Shown: in pieces, positions 39,620-47,735 of the stretch | Layout: every line of letters starts with the position of its first letter | Numbering within the stretch: position 1 is the stretch's first letter | Assembly: GCA_963817525.1 (NCBI GenBank) | Contig: CAWFOU010000007.1 | Span: 960,001-1,024,000, forward strand | DNA from: an uncultured archaeon | Lineage (GTDB): Archaea; Thermoproteota; Nitrososphaeria; Nitrososphaerales; Gagatemarchaeaceae | Direction: 5' to 3' | DNA length: 64,000 nt | Translations under genes and position numbers: made by a program | The notes under the pieces: model-generated | Database searches by the model: none | Told to the model about the DNA's origin: nothing | The model's input: the letters and a program-made list of their open reading frames with translations, nothing else

Positions 39620-41041
39620 CTAGGCCGTCCTCAGCCCTATCACAACCTTCTCATCGGGCAGGTCCCGCTTATAGTCCCACCCCTGCTCTATCCACTGCTC
39701 CAGCTCGCCGATGGGAACGACCTTCTGCGTCCCCTGCTTGAGCCCCAGCATCTGTTTGGACTTTTCGTGGATAAGCTCCTGCAGCTTCTCCAAGGTGAGT
39801 TGCGTGACGTCGCCCAACGCTTGGATCTCCGCTTCGGTGTACCCGAACATCTTCAAAGCCTCGACCCTCGCGGTGTTCACAACCTCGTCCCTGCTGATCG
39901 TGGGCTGGGCGAGCGTCTCGAGGTGCTTCGCGGCGGCCTGGGAGTAGGCTTGCCTCATCCTCTCCGCCACCTCCTTGGGCAGCCCCTTGTTCACGCTGTA
40001 CACCGACTCGATGTTCCCCACGTGCCCCATCCAGAACTCCCTCCACTCCCTCAGGATCAGCCTCTCGTACTCCGCGTTCATCATGCAGACCTCGAAGTAC
40101 CTCCTGAGGACGTACGGCCTCCAGGTGAAACCGGCGGCCACGATTGCCTGTTTGAGGCCGACGCAGACCTTGTTCGTGCTGATGTAGCTAGACTTTTGGT
40201 TCTTGATGGCCCCTATGAGCGGAGATTCGGGCGTCAGCTTCTCTCCCGGTAGGCGCACCTCCTCTAGGACTCCCACCCTCTCCCTCCCGTGGGACCAGGT
40301 CTTCCTGGTGTACACCTTCGTCCGCATCCTCCACTCGAGGTAGTTCTTGAGGTACTGACAGGCCTCCGGGGGAAGGAACACAAAGTAGGTGTGCCCCGCC
40401 TTGCTTATCGCCCTCCTGCACACCACCTGGGCGGGCGTGTTGAGGAAGGAGACCGTCCCTCCCACCGCGTTCCCGGCCCCGTCGAGTAGGTTCTCGATCT
40501 TGAGGTCGGGGAAGTCGGCCAGCTTGAGCCCGTCGTCCCCCACCATGTTTCCCTGCACCTCGGGCCTGAACCCGCAGAAGGCGATGAGGGAGATCGAGAC
40601 CTTGGCCCTGATGTCGGCCACGTCGAGTATCCTCCTGAGCTCCTGGCGGGTGGGAGGCACCTCGTTCTCGTACTTGTTGTAGTCCGAGGCGCCGTAGATC
40701 CTGATGCTCTTGGGCGTCTCCATGTCGTTCCAGATCATCCAGCTCTTGACCGCCTTGACGTAGCCCTCGATGCCGGAGCCCTTGATCCCCTTCTTCTCAA
40801 AGTGGGTGATGAGGTCGTGGAGGAAGAACTTGGCCTGCTTCGTGTCCATGGTGACCAGCTCCTTCGGCGTGACCTTCAGCTCCTCGCAGGCGTAGGAGGC
40901 CTTGCGGAAGTAGACGGAAGCGGTCGTTATCGAACCGCGCTCCAGCGCCTCCACCCACCTCCTGAAATTCTCGTCCTCCCCCAGATAGTGGAAGTAGGGC
41001 GACTTCGCTAGACTCAGACTCCTCATCTTTCCATTTCTCAC
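39620..41041 (-). CDS. Tyrosine recombinase/integrase (intact)
   Basis: GFRPEV (R), PYVLRRYF, FWMGH, VYS (Y); adjacent to the att site and tRNA. Confidence 0.93.
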   Translation of the reverse strand: MRNGKMRSLSLAKSPYFHYLGEDENFRRWVEALERGSITTASVYFRKASYACEELKVTPKELVTMDTKQAKFFLHDLITHFEKKGIKGSGIEGYVKAVKSWMIWNDMETPKSIRIYGASDYNKYENEVPPTRQELRRILDVADIRAKVSISLIAFCGFRPEVQGNMVGDDGLKLADFPDLKIENLLDGAGNAVGGTVSFLNTPAQVVCRRAISKAGHTYFVFLPPEACQYLKNYLEWRMRTKVYTRKTWSHGRERVGVLEEVRLPGEKLTPESPLIGAIKNQKSSYISTNKVCVGLKQAIVAAGFTWRPYVLRRYFEVCMMNAEYERLILREWREFWMGHVGNIESVYSVNKGLPKEVAERMRQAYSQAAAKHLETLAQPTISRDEVVNTARVEALKMFGYTEAEIQALGDVTQLTLEKLQELIHEKSKQMLGLKQGTQKVVPIGELEQWIEQGWDYKRDLPDEKVVIGLRTA

Positions 41042-41108
41042 CTGTTTGTTGCTTTTGGTGAGCGACAGGCGCTTTAAGGCGGGGCGGGGACTCAGACGAA
41101 TAATGGTG

Positions 41109-41219
41109 TGGACCGGGGGGGACTCGGACCCCCGACCTGTCCCAATCTGGACTCTTGGTTTGCCAAGGGATTGGACGACGAATAGTCGTCTCTATCCTAC
41201 CAAACTAGACGACCGGCCC
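41109..41219 (-). tRNA. tRNA-Ala(GGC) with two introns (27/28, 21 nt; 37/38, 16 nt)
   Basis: GGGCCGG/CCGGTCC-A stem with G3:U70; both introns form BHB motifs; 74-nt mature cloverleaf. Confidence 0.9.
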
Positions 41220-41417
41220 TCGGGGTCGTCTACAATAGAGCCGTTAAAAGAATTTCAGAATTCGACTAGTTTGCCGGACTTTCAGGAAGCTACCGTGTGC
41301 CAGCAAAGGCGCAACCCAACAAGGCATCGAGTGGCGAGTCGACCCGGATAGAATACCTGAACACCGTGACGCGTGGTCCCTTACAATCAGCAGGCAGATA
41401 AGGGCGCTTTCTAGAGA

Positions 41418-41897
41418 TCAGAGCTCGTCGATGACACGGAATGGCACAGCCGGTTTTTGCCCGATTACCTCGACGACTTCTGTCCACACGACTTCCCTGA
41501 TGCCGTCCATCGCCTTCAGAATCTCCTGCATCTCCAGGATTTCCGAGTTGCCTTTCACCACCGTCTCCACCTTCAAGTCAATCGTCTGCTCCCCTATGCT
41601 CCTGCCGACGTAGACGACGTCGTCCCGCTTGAGAAGCTCTTCCGCAATCTCCGTGGTCTTTCCATGCTCTGTTGCAATCAGGAAGTCCACCTTCCGCCAG
41701 CCGAACTTCTCTAAGTCCATGGAATAAGTCACCTTGAGAAAGTCCGCCTCCAACCTTTTCCGTCTTCTTTGGACCGTCGTCGCAGGTATCCCCAGCTTCT
41801 TTGCTATCATCGCTGAGGTACGATGCCCATCAGGCGTAAGGATGATCTTCAACAGCTTTCGATCGACCCCAGACAACGACCCAGACCTCCTAGCCAT
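41418..41897 (-). CDS. Lrp/AsnC-family regulator
   Basis: Paralog of 42-515 (VVYVGRSIGE.TIDL). Confidence 0.85.
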   Translation of the reverse strand: MARRSGSLSGVDRKLLKIILTPDGHRTSAMIAKKLGIPATTVQRRRKRLEADFLKVTYSMDLEKFGWRKVDFLIATEHGKTTEIAEELLKRDDVVYVGRSIGEQTIDLKVETVVKGNSEILEMQEILKAMDGIREVVWTEVVEVIGQKPAVPFRVIDEL

Positions 41898-42024
41898 TCA
41901 CACCAGTCCGTCCGGTGGCTTTTATGCCCGGAAAATATAAGTTAGATGGTCGAAACCTCTATTCTGAGGAGAGAAAAGTATAAATTAGTCAAAGCGTCTA
42001 ACGTCACAACTAGGTCGTGCGGTC

Positions 42025-42264
42025 TTGGAAGCCTCAAAGCAGGGGAATGACGCCTTGAGTGAAATCCTGAGGAGGTTCGATGATGCAGGATCAATGACAC
42101 TTCGCGATGCATACAGGGAGAACCCAACGCAACCTTGGACGGAGTTTATGAACACCGTGGACAGTCTGGTTTCCCAGGGCTTCTTGACTGCCAAGGGAGA
42201 CGGGTTCGTCGTCAAGTACTCCCTCACGAGCAAGGGCAGAAATACAATCGGCCTCGCTCGTTGA
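42025..42264 (+). CDS. Small winged-helix-like protein
   Basis: VDSLVSQGFL..YSLTSKGR. Confidence 0.6.
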   Translation: MEASKQGNDALSEILRRFDDAGSMTLRDAYRENPTQPWTEFMNTVDSLVSQGFLTAKGDGFVVKYSLTSKGRNTIGLAR

Positions 42265-42371
42265 GCCAATCGCCTCGGGGAATTCCCGAAGGCTCCGTAA
42301 GAATCATGAGTGTCTGTGTCCCTTAGGACTCTAAGCACCCCTCTAAGTATGCGCGAGTCGTAAAGCACACC

Positions 42372-42506
42372 ATGTTGACCGAGCAAACGACCGGTCTTTG
42401 CGGCAGATGTGGAAAGGGCACTCACCTCGAGGGCCCGATTCGTGTCTGCAACGGCTGCGAGCGTGTCTCCAGCGCCTGCAGTTGCACTGCCTCCCGGGGG
42501 TGGTGA
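42372..42506 (+). CDS. 44-aa Cys-rich microprotein (not in ORF track)
   Basis: MLTEQTTGLCGRCGKGTHLEGPIRVCNGCERVSSACSCTASRGW. Confidence 0.6.
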   Translation: MLTEQTTGLCGRCGKGTHLEGPIRVCNGCERVSSACSCTASRGW

Positions 42507-42743
42507 TGAGAGGGCCAGAATCGCGCGCTAGGGCACTGCCACAAGAGACCCAACAAGAGTCGGGCCGTCATCCGCGCATGAGTATCACAGGATTCTCCTT
42601 AGACGAAGGTGGCATCGCCGGTTCTCTGAAGGCAGAGTTGCACAAATCGGAGGGCTCTCTGGGGGATTCGTTCCAAGGAAACACCAAGATTTCATAACAA
42701 TGTTCCATAACCTTGAAATAATGAACCCGCGTTCTACCCAGCT

Positions 42744-43031
42744 ATGAAGTACCGCAGCAGGACAGAAATCATCGAAGCATTGCTGCAGTCTGCGATGAAC
42801 GGCGCAACAAAGACGAGGCTGATGTACAGCGCATACCTCTCGTATGCGCAGGTCCAGGAGTACCTAAAGTTCCTCACTGGAAAGCAGCTTCTGTCGTTCA
42901 CAGAGGAGACGCAAGAGTACAAGCTCACCGAGCAAGGCCTTCACTTCCTCAGGACATACCGTGAGATCAGCGAAGTGGTTGCTCTTCCGGGAAGCAAGCC
43001 TGATAACGATGCGTACCCTTATGCGCGCTGA
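42744..43031 (+). CDS. Small winged-helix protein (DUF4364/ArnR1-like)
   Basis: MKYRSRTEII..TKTRLMYSAYLSYAQVQEYL..YKLTEQG. Confidence 0.88.
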   Translation: MKYRSRTEIIEALLQSAMNGATKTRLMYSAYLSYAQVQEYLKFLTGKQLLSFTEETQEYKLTEQGLHFLRTYREISEVVALPGSKPDNDAYPYAR

Positions 43032-43379
43032 ACGCTTAGAACGCCACGTTTCTTAGCGCTTGTGAAAAAAGTACCCGTTCATCTGTCATGATTTGACAGA
43101 TGAGCAGCGTCTTCCAGACCTACGCCAATCTGGGGCCCCGTATCTCCTCTGCTGGACGAAGAACATTCCGTGATGAGCATCGTCTGGTTGCTCGTGGTAT
43201 GGCTCTAGGGCAAGACAACCCGGATATCTGAGAAGGGGTGACTATCTTCCCTCGATCGTGCGTGCCCCATCCAACGCCTGAGTAGATCATCCGAAATCTT
43301 GGAAGTCTGCGCCCGCTGGAATAATCCACCGGTGCCATGACAGCATAGCAGATAAGCGATGATGGGATAGGAGATAGCG

Positions 43380-43529
43380 TTGGAGAACGAGGAGCCGGAT
43401 CTTATCACTTGCGATGAATGCTCCGCGGTGTTCAAGACTCCAATCGAGTTGGAGAATCACAAAGCGAGGCGACACGTCATTCCTGAACAGCCAGAGGCGG
43501 CGGTTATGCCAGGCTCGCATGAGGATTGA
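43380..43529 (+). CDS. 49-aa C2H2 zinc-finger microprotein (not in ORF track)
   Basis: TTG start; CDECSAVFKTPIELENHKARRH. Confidence 0.65.
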   Translation: MENEEPDLITCDECSAVFKTPIELENHKARRHVIPEQPEAAVMPGSHED

Positions 43530-43747
43530 AATCGAACACTGCAAGAAATCTCGCCATACGCCCGATCAGCTAGCTAGGGCGCCACGGAGCCACCGGTGTA
43601 ATCTCTGCACCCCGCGACTGAACTCCGAGTCAGCGGAAGTTGCGATTCCTAACAATCGCAGGCGAGATTCTTCGCTAACCCTCTTTATGCCAGAAAGCCA
43701 TTTGCTCCCGGTTTGACCTTTTTGGAGGGCCCGGAATTGATTAGCGA

Positions 43748-44788
43748 ATGAAGACAAAAAGGCGAATGAGGACAAAAAGGGCAATGCTGATCATAAATCC
43801 GATGGCTGGGCTGGGGAAGAGAAAGCAGACTCGGGGTGCAAGCAGGGCCGAAGTCGCAGGCGCGGTCGGTGGCCACAAGGAGCCCGCTGAGGAGGTCATC
43901 GAGGCGGTGGCAGAGGAATGCGCACGAGCCAGGATGAAGCTGGACGTGGAATTCACAAAATATCCTCAACACGGGATGGAGATTGCTAAACGAGCGAGGG
44001 GTAGGTACGACTTGGTCATCGCCGCTGGGGGCGACGGGACGATAAACGAAGTCATCAACGGAATCGCCAACTCCCGAACGATATTGGCGATAATCCCGAT
44101 CGGCACGGTCAACGTCCTCGCCTTGGAACTCGGGATACCCCTGAACGTAAAGGAAGCATCTCGGTTGATCATGGATGGACAGACTGTGGCGATCGACCTC
44201 GGCTATGCGGAGACGATGGATGAGTCAAGATACTTTTCCTTAGCTCTCGGTGTCGGTCTTGATGCGCTCGTGATGAAGGACACGACCTTAGAGTTAAGGA
44301 GAAAGTGGGGGGGCCTCGGCTATTTGATGACCGGAACCAAGCAGCTCATGACCTACAAATGGCCAAGAATCAGCATCAATCACTCGGTCACCTCAACTGG
44401 GTATTTCGTTATTGTAGCCAACTCTAAACACGTCTGGGGCGATCACCAGCTGGCGGACGACGCCAGTATGACAGATGGCCTGCTGGACCTTGTGGTAATC
44501 AACAGGAAAGTCTTGAGTGCAGTAGACCTGCTACTCACCTTCTCAAAGGGAAGACTCAACAGATACCTCCGGAAGGAATGCTATCAAGTGAGGCGGGTAG
44601 AAATCACCGCCGAGAGCGAGGTCGTCGTCCAGGCTGACGGCGAGATAATCGGGAGAGCGCCGCTCAAGGTCTCGGTAGTACCAAAGGCCTTGAGAGTCAT
44701 CGCGAACAATGGGATTCAGATAGAGGGCCTGGATTCCCGTGAGAATCGCCAGGAAGGGAGCGTCCCAATTCCTGCTTTGGAGGCATAA
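43748..44788 (+). CDS. Diacylglycerol-kinase-family lipid kinase
   Basis: IINPMAG, AAGGDGTINEV, IPIGTVN, QADGE. Confidence 0.92.
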   Translation: MKTKRRMRTKRAMLIINPMAGLGKRKQTRGASRAEVAGAVGGHKEPAEEVIEAVAEECARARMKLDVEFTKYPQHGMEIAKRARGRYDLVIAAGGDGTINEVINGIANSRTILAIIPIGTVNVLALELGIPLNVKEASRLIMDGQTVAIDLGYAETMDESRYFSLALGVGLDALVMKDTTLELRRKWGGLGYLMTGTKQLMTYKWPRISINHSVTSTGYFVIVANSKHVWGDHQLADDASMTDGLLDLVVINRKVLSAVDLLLTFSKGRLNRYLRKECYQVRRVEITAESEVVVQADGEIIGRAPLKVSVVPKALRVIANNGIQIEGLDSRENRQEGSVPIPALEA

Positions 44789-45464
44789 TCTTCCCGGACA
44801 CTTTGAACCAACCGGACGCGAGGTGTGAGAGCACGCCGACAGACAGATTCTTTGAACCCTCTGCGCGAGTCGTCCTTGCTTTGATGGCGTCCCTGAGCTC
44901 GCCGTCAAACACAGTATAGGCCTTGCCGATGTCGAGCAAGATGTGTGCATCGCTCGAGCCAACTGCAGCTACGGGTAATTGCATCGCTATCCTTGCTGCG
45001 GCGTCGTTTGAGGAGTCAGGAGTTCTAGAATTGATCGTCTCGATCGCGTCGATCTTTCCGACGAGACTATCTAGAGGATACCTGAACGTCTGCATCGGCC
45101 TGAATGGGTGAGGTATGACGACAAGACCGTCTTGGCTCTTTATGTCAGCGATGACTTTCAACAGGTCTCTCTCTCTGACTTCCTCCTCGATGAAGAGCGC
45201 TATCACATCTCCCTTGTCCGTGGTGACCTCCTCGCCTATGATCACCTCAAAATCCTTGTCTTTGTTGAGTTCCTTCGTCACAAGCGCGCCTTCGATTGTG
45301 TGATGGTCGGTGATAGCGATCCCATTCAATCCGGCGCGCTTCGCATCGTGTAGGAGGTCCGCAGGTTTGTTTCTGCTGTCCGGGGAAAAAATGGTGTGCA
45401 TGTGCAGGTCGAATCGTTTCATCTTCACTCCCCTGTCGCCCGTGTTCCTCATCTCGAGTCGCAA
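44697..45464 (-). CDS. PHP-domain phosphoesterase
   Basis: DLHMHT, AITDH, IGEE, PHPF, GSSDAH. Confidence 0.92.
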   Translation of the reverse strand: MRLEMRNTGDRGVKMKRFDLHMHTIFSPDSRNKPADLLHDAKRAGLNGIAITDHHTIEGALVTKELNKDKDFEVIIGEEVTTDKGDVIALFIEEEVRERDLLKVIADIKSQDGLVVIPHPFRPMQTFRYPLDSLVGKIDAIETINSRTPDSSNDAAARIAMQLPVAAVGSSDAHILLDIGKAYTVFDGELRDAIKARTTRAEGSKNLSVGVLSHLASGWFKVSGKIMPPKQELGRSLPGDSHGNPGPLSESHCSR

Positions 45465-45630
45465 TTTAAGCCTGGCAAACCTTGCCTTCAGAGGAATGTA
45501 TATTCAGGAACGGACATCGTGCAGCCCGAAGGAGGTGGTTCTACCGGACTGGACGACCGGCCCGAAGCCCCGCCTGCCTAATTTTCCGGGAGTTGAACAA
45601 CGCGCGGTCTGCGCGAAAACTCGACGAGCG

Positions 45631-46227
45631 CTAGCGACGTCGGCCCTTCTTTCGCTTCTCGGCCGCCTTGCCGTCTGACTTTGGCAGCGCCGACATTATG
45701 AGGTCCTTCGCATACTTCGCGTCCTGCCACTTGCCTATCTTCACGAACTTGTTGGGCTCCGACTCCTTGTAGTGGCTGAAGAAGTGCTCGATCTGCTTGC
45801 GCGTGAACTCGGGAATCTGCATGATGGTGTCGACGTGCGAGTAGATGGGGTCGATGTGCCTCTCGGGGACGGTGACCAGCTTGGCGTCAGGCCCGCCCTC
45901 GTCCTCCATAAGGAGCACTCCTATCGGTCTCGCTCGAATGACAGACATCGGGAACACAGGCTCCTCCGTGATAACCAGCGCGTCGAGCGGGTCGCCGTCG
46001 GCCCCCTTCGTGCGCGGGATGAAACCGTAGTTGAAGGGATAGTGGGTGGAGGTGTAGAGGAACCTGTCCACGAAGACGAACCCGGTCTTCTCGTCTATCT
46101 CATACTTGACGTCGCTCCCCCTGGGGATCTCTATCACGACGTTGACCTTGTTGGGCACGTCGTCCCCGGCGTCCAGTTCGCGATGCAAGCCAATCCCTCC
46201 GCTGTCTGGCCTGATAGGCCCGCGCAC
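45631..46227 (-). CDS. ppa: Inorganic pyrophosphatase
   Basis: EIPRGSDVKYE, YPFNYGFIP, DGDPLD, HFFSHYK; true start may be slightly downstream. Confidence 0.95.
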   Translation of the reverse strand: MRGPIRPDSGGIGLHRELDAGDDVPNKVNVVIEIPRGSDVKYEIDEKTGFVFVDRFLYTSTHYPFNYGFIPRTKGADGDPLDALVITEEPVFPMSVIRARPIGVLLMEDEGGPDAKLVTVPERHIDPIYSHVDTIMQIPEFTRKQIEHFFSHYKESEPNKFVKIGKWQDAKYAKDLIMSALPKSDGKAAEKRKKGRRR

Positions 46228-46237
46228 TCTTTAAGGC

Positions 46238-46696
46238 TTGGTCGAAATTCCGCGAATTGCTCCGTCGAGGGACGAAGGGAGCCAAGGCTTATTTCGGGGA
46301 CGTGCAGGCGCCGAACCCGTGTCAGCACAACCTGAGCCCAGCGCGCCTCCTGCTCCCGTCGCGCCTCCGAAGGTCCCCTTCCAGGCCTTCGCCCAGCTCG
46401 AGATCAGGGTTGGGAGGATACTCACCGTGGACGACATCCCCATCGCGAGGAAGCCGCTCTACAAGTTCACCATAGACTTCGGACCTATCGGGGTCAAGCA
46501 GTGCGCCGGGGGGATCAAAGCGTTCTACACCAAGGAGCAGCTCGTGGGGAAGCAGGTGGTCGCCATCCTCAACTTCGAGCCGAAGCCCATAGCGGGGGTC
46601 GTCTCGGAGTGCATGATGCTCACATCGTTCACTGACACCGACCTCTCGCTCCTCCAGCCGGACAAGGAGATGCCGCTCGGGACGAAGGTAGCATAA
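46238..46696 (+). CDS. tRNA-binding OB-fold protein (CsaA/Trbp111-like)
   Basis: LEIRVGRI, LVGKQVVAILNF, GVVSECMML; start uncertain. Confidence 0.88.
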   Translation: MVEIPRIAPSRDEGSQGLFRGRAGAEPVSAQPEPSAPPAPVAPPKVPFQAFAQLEIRVGRILTVDDIPIARKPLYKFTIDFGPIGVKQCAGGIKAFYTKEQLVGKQVVAILNFEPKPIAGVVSECMMLTSFTDTDLSLLQPDKEMPLGTKVA

Positions 46697-46742
46697 CTGC
46701 GTCGTCACACTTTTAACCGGTAAGTTTCTCGACCGCAACTGC

Positions 46743-46858
46743 GCGGTCGTTGTCTAGCCTGGTAGGACATCAAGCCCATCAGGGCGTGTAGGCTTGCCAA
46801 GCTGGTAATCCCTGTCAAAAAGGGACCAGACGCCCGGGTTCAAATCCCGGCGACCGCA
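46743..46858 (+). tRNA. tRNA-Gly(GCC) with two non-canonical introns (29/30, 19 nt; 45/46, 24 nt)
   Basis: GCGGTCG/CGACCGC-A stem, TTCAAAT T-loop; both introns form BHB motifs; 73-nt mature tRNA. Confidence 0.92.
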
Positions 46859-46922
46859 TACCTAATCCTCTCTCTTCGTCCAAACCGCTCTCGTTAAGTA
46901 TCGCCCGCTCACGGACGGTTCC

Positions 46923-47336
46923 GTGGCTGGCCTCCTCGAGGTTCTGATGCCCTACACATCCTACCTCGCGCTCGTCTTGCGAGTTTGGCTCGGTGGTACC
47001 CTGATGATCCACGGGCGCCCCAAGCTCAACAAACAGAACCGGGAGCAGTCGGTCAAGAATTTGGGGACACCAGCAGTCGCGGTCTTCTTGGGGATGGTCA
47101 TCGAATTCTTCGGAGGTCTCTTCCTCGTCATCGGATTCATGGTGCCGGTCGTGGGGGCGATATTGGCAATCTACTTCGGCAACATCATCGCCTTCAAGAA
47201 GACCAAGCAGAAGGCGGTCTACGTCGGATACGGCAAGCCCAACTTTGAGTTGGAGGTTTTCTTTTTGATGGCCGCCCTGGTCCTGATCTTTCTCGGAGCT
47301 GGCGCCCTCTCGTTGGACGGCCTCCTCGGGCTTTAG
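46923..47336 (+). CDS. DoxX-family membrane protein
   Basis: LRVWLGGTLMIHG, EFFGGL, GAGALSLD. Confidence 0.9.
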   Translation: MAGLLEVLMPYTSYLALVLRVWLGGTLMIHGRPKLNKQNREQSVKNLGTPAVAVFLGMVIEFFGGLFLVIGFMVPVVGAILAIYFGNIIAFKKTKQKAVYVGYGKPNFELEVFFLMAALVLIFLGAGALSLDGLLGL

Positions 47337-47636
47337 CTCGACGGAAATGGTTCGCCGACGTCGAGTTTACGCTTATAGACGCTTGGTCGTTCCCTCCCAC
47401 TCTTCTCGCAAGAGTTTGAAAACCCTCTCACAGTCAGAATGACAGTCGGTCTCTCAATCAGACGAACTCACAACTAACCTTCAATCGCCAGTAGGCTACC
47501 CTGTTCCAGTCATATGACTTGACATGTTCTCGGTCCTAACCGCAGTAATTTTTCTCAGAATTTTTTGCAGCAGTTAACGGGCCTCCTACCGTCAATCCTA
47601 CCATCAAAGGGCACAGCCTCCGGAAGAGAGCGCGCG

Positions 47637-47654
47637 CGCATACCTAATCCTCTC
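47637..47654. repeat. Direct repeat of tRNA-Gly end/trailer
   Basis: cgcatacctaatcctctc is identical to 46855-46872. Confidence 0.8.
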
Positions 47655-47735
47655 CCATTCCTACGTACGCTATGGAGCAGAATAGAAACCACTTCTGGGC
47701 CCGTTATATATCGGGCCCGCTACTATGCGGGTGTA

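Larger units (their letters stand above)
28457..41127. mobile_element. Integrative element 1 (12.7 kb) in the tRNA-Ala(GGC) 3' end
   Basis: 22-bp perfect direct repeat gtgtggaccgggggggactcgg at 28457-28478 and 41106-41127; intact integrase adjacent to the tRNA. Confidence 0.92.
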
